DNA of 63,840 nucleotides, filler included, from Octopus bimaculoides (Eukaryota), in assembly GCF_001194135.2 (NCBI RefSeq). It is 4 parts of 4 records of this genome, joined end to end, with 100 filler letters (N's around TTAATTAATTAA, not from the genome) between each part and the next. Parts side by side here need not be neighbours in the genome. Positions count along the whole stretch, not along the records: positions 62,174 to 63,840 come from NW_026300358.1; 3 more parts are not named here. The stretch is one strand, 5' to 3'. Below are positions 62,531 to 63,840 of the stretch, one piece after another. The notes below the pieces were generated by a model, which was not told the DNA's origin, ran no database searches, and saw nothing but the letters and a program-made list of their open reading frames with translations. Position 1 is the stretch's first letter; every line of letters begins with the position of its first letter. A program made the translations under genes and the position numbers.

Positions 62531-63526
62531 CACGCACACACACAGAGTTATGTGTTTATTCTGCTGCAATGCATGTTTATTCACGTTCCCCCATGTGACC
62601 AAAAGAAAACATAAAACGCGCATGAAGAATTACTGTGGTTGTCTTGGGTGGAGAATCATCCTAACCAGCAACCGAATCTATTGTGAGGGTCGTTCGGTCA
62701 CGTTCCTTTCACTGCGACGCTCAAATGGTTTCCTTCCGTCCCGGTGGCCATGGCGAAAGAGATTGCATGGAGGACAATACTGAAAGGACCAAGGACAGAG
62801 ATTTCTGTTAAACCACATCCGACCCTTAAAGATTATTGTGGTCAAATCGTGCTGTCCCCTAGAGGATATACTGAAAGTTGGGAGAGCGTGACGTGTATAT
62901 CTAAATAAAGGGCCTGCTCTCAGAATGCGTTTCTAAGTCTGAGAAATGAAGGCATTCGTTCTTTTAACGCCCAGAGTAATCCTGGAGTTGTATGGTTTTT
63001 TCTATGGCTCTTAGTGGTGGTGGTGTTGATGGTGGTGGTGAGTGGAGGAAGTAAGTAATGTTATTGTGACTTTTCATTTGCATAACTATCGTATACGTCA
63101 TCGTACATGTCCAATTATTTAGTTATTAATTGTCTTACATCGTCGATCGCACAGGGTGCGGCAGACAAACCTGCCATGTTTTACACGGCCTTTGTTGTGG
63201 CGCTTAGCAAGTCAGGCAGGTGATAATGGTGTCTTCATTTCGATAATGTTTCACAGTTTTCTGTTTAATGAGCGAAATGCTTTCGTTTGGTGCACATCGT
63301 GCGTTGGTTTATTAAAACGTTGAACAAGAGGGAGCGAAATCTGAAGTTTTGTTTTTTTTGCTCACGCTTATGTCAACCAACATTATTTTTGCGACACGCC
63401 CTTCTAATGTTTTCCCAACTGTTGGCCTTGTGGCAAAAGAAAGAAACCACAACCACCACCACCACCATCATCATCACCATCATCATCACCATCCTCGTCG
63501 TCATCGTCGTCGTCATAACTGTTACT

Positions 63527-63737
63527 AAGGCGGCAGAATGGTGAAGCATGCCGGACAAAATGCTGAGCGGCATTTCTTCCGACTTCACGCTTTTAGTTCA
63601 TATTCTGCCAAGGTCGACCGTGCCTTTCATCCTCTCGAGATCGATAAAACAAGTACCAGTTAAGCAATGGGATTGATATAATCGACTAACCTGCCCCTCC
63701 CCCGAAATTGCTGGCCTTGTGCCAAAATTCGAAACTA
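63527..63737 (+). mobile_element. SINE-B followed by (ATT)n to the window end
   Basis: Head, core and tail are all present. Confidence 0.88.
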
Positions 63738-63744
63738 TTATCAC

Positions 63745-63777
<33 letters not shown>

Positions 63778-63788
63778 CATTATTATTA

Positions 63789-63840
<52 letters not shown>

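Noticed and set aside
1-63840. Conserved bilaterian miRNAs, snRNAs, rRNA, protocadherin or C2H2 zinc-finger exons
   Set aside because: None was recognised by eye on either strand. Short exons of a large gene could still be missed or lie in gaps.

Overview
This is a gap-ridden, AT-rich and microsatellite-dense non-coding window from a eukaryote. By inference from my recollection of the SINE families and the repeat landscape, it is most likely an Octopus genome. I found no intact host protein-coding gene, rRNA, functional tRNA or CRISPR array; nearly all listed ORFs are artefacts of microsatellites, N-runs or SINEs. The window is a layered record of mobile DNA. It holds at least three tRNA-type SINE families (my labels: A, B and C/F, with swapped modules) and R4/Dong-like non-LTR 3' ends stacked in (AAT)n tracts. 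It also holds two decayed L1/Tx1-like fragments, a decayed D,D34D mariner transposase, several hAT-type MITEs with 8-bp TSDs, and faint RT remnants. The best candidates for follow-up are: (i) an (AAT)n landing-pad system in which SINE-B flanks appear to be targeted by several Dong-like LINEs in the opposite orientation; (ii) a probable SINE-A/LINE template-switch chimera; (iii) a chimeric hAT MITE with a perfect TSD; (iv) a 32-bp-stem hairpin inside the Tx1-like relic; and (v) a tail-to-tail SINE pair. I cannot support a novel gene system here. Family names are my own labels, coordinates of degenerate elements are approximate (about +/-10-20 bp), and no database searches were run.
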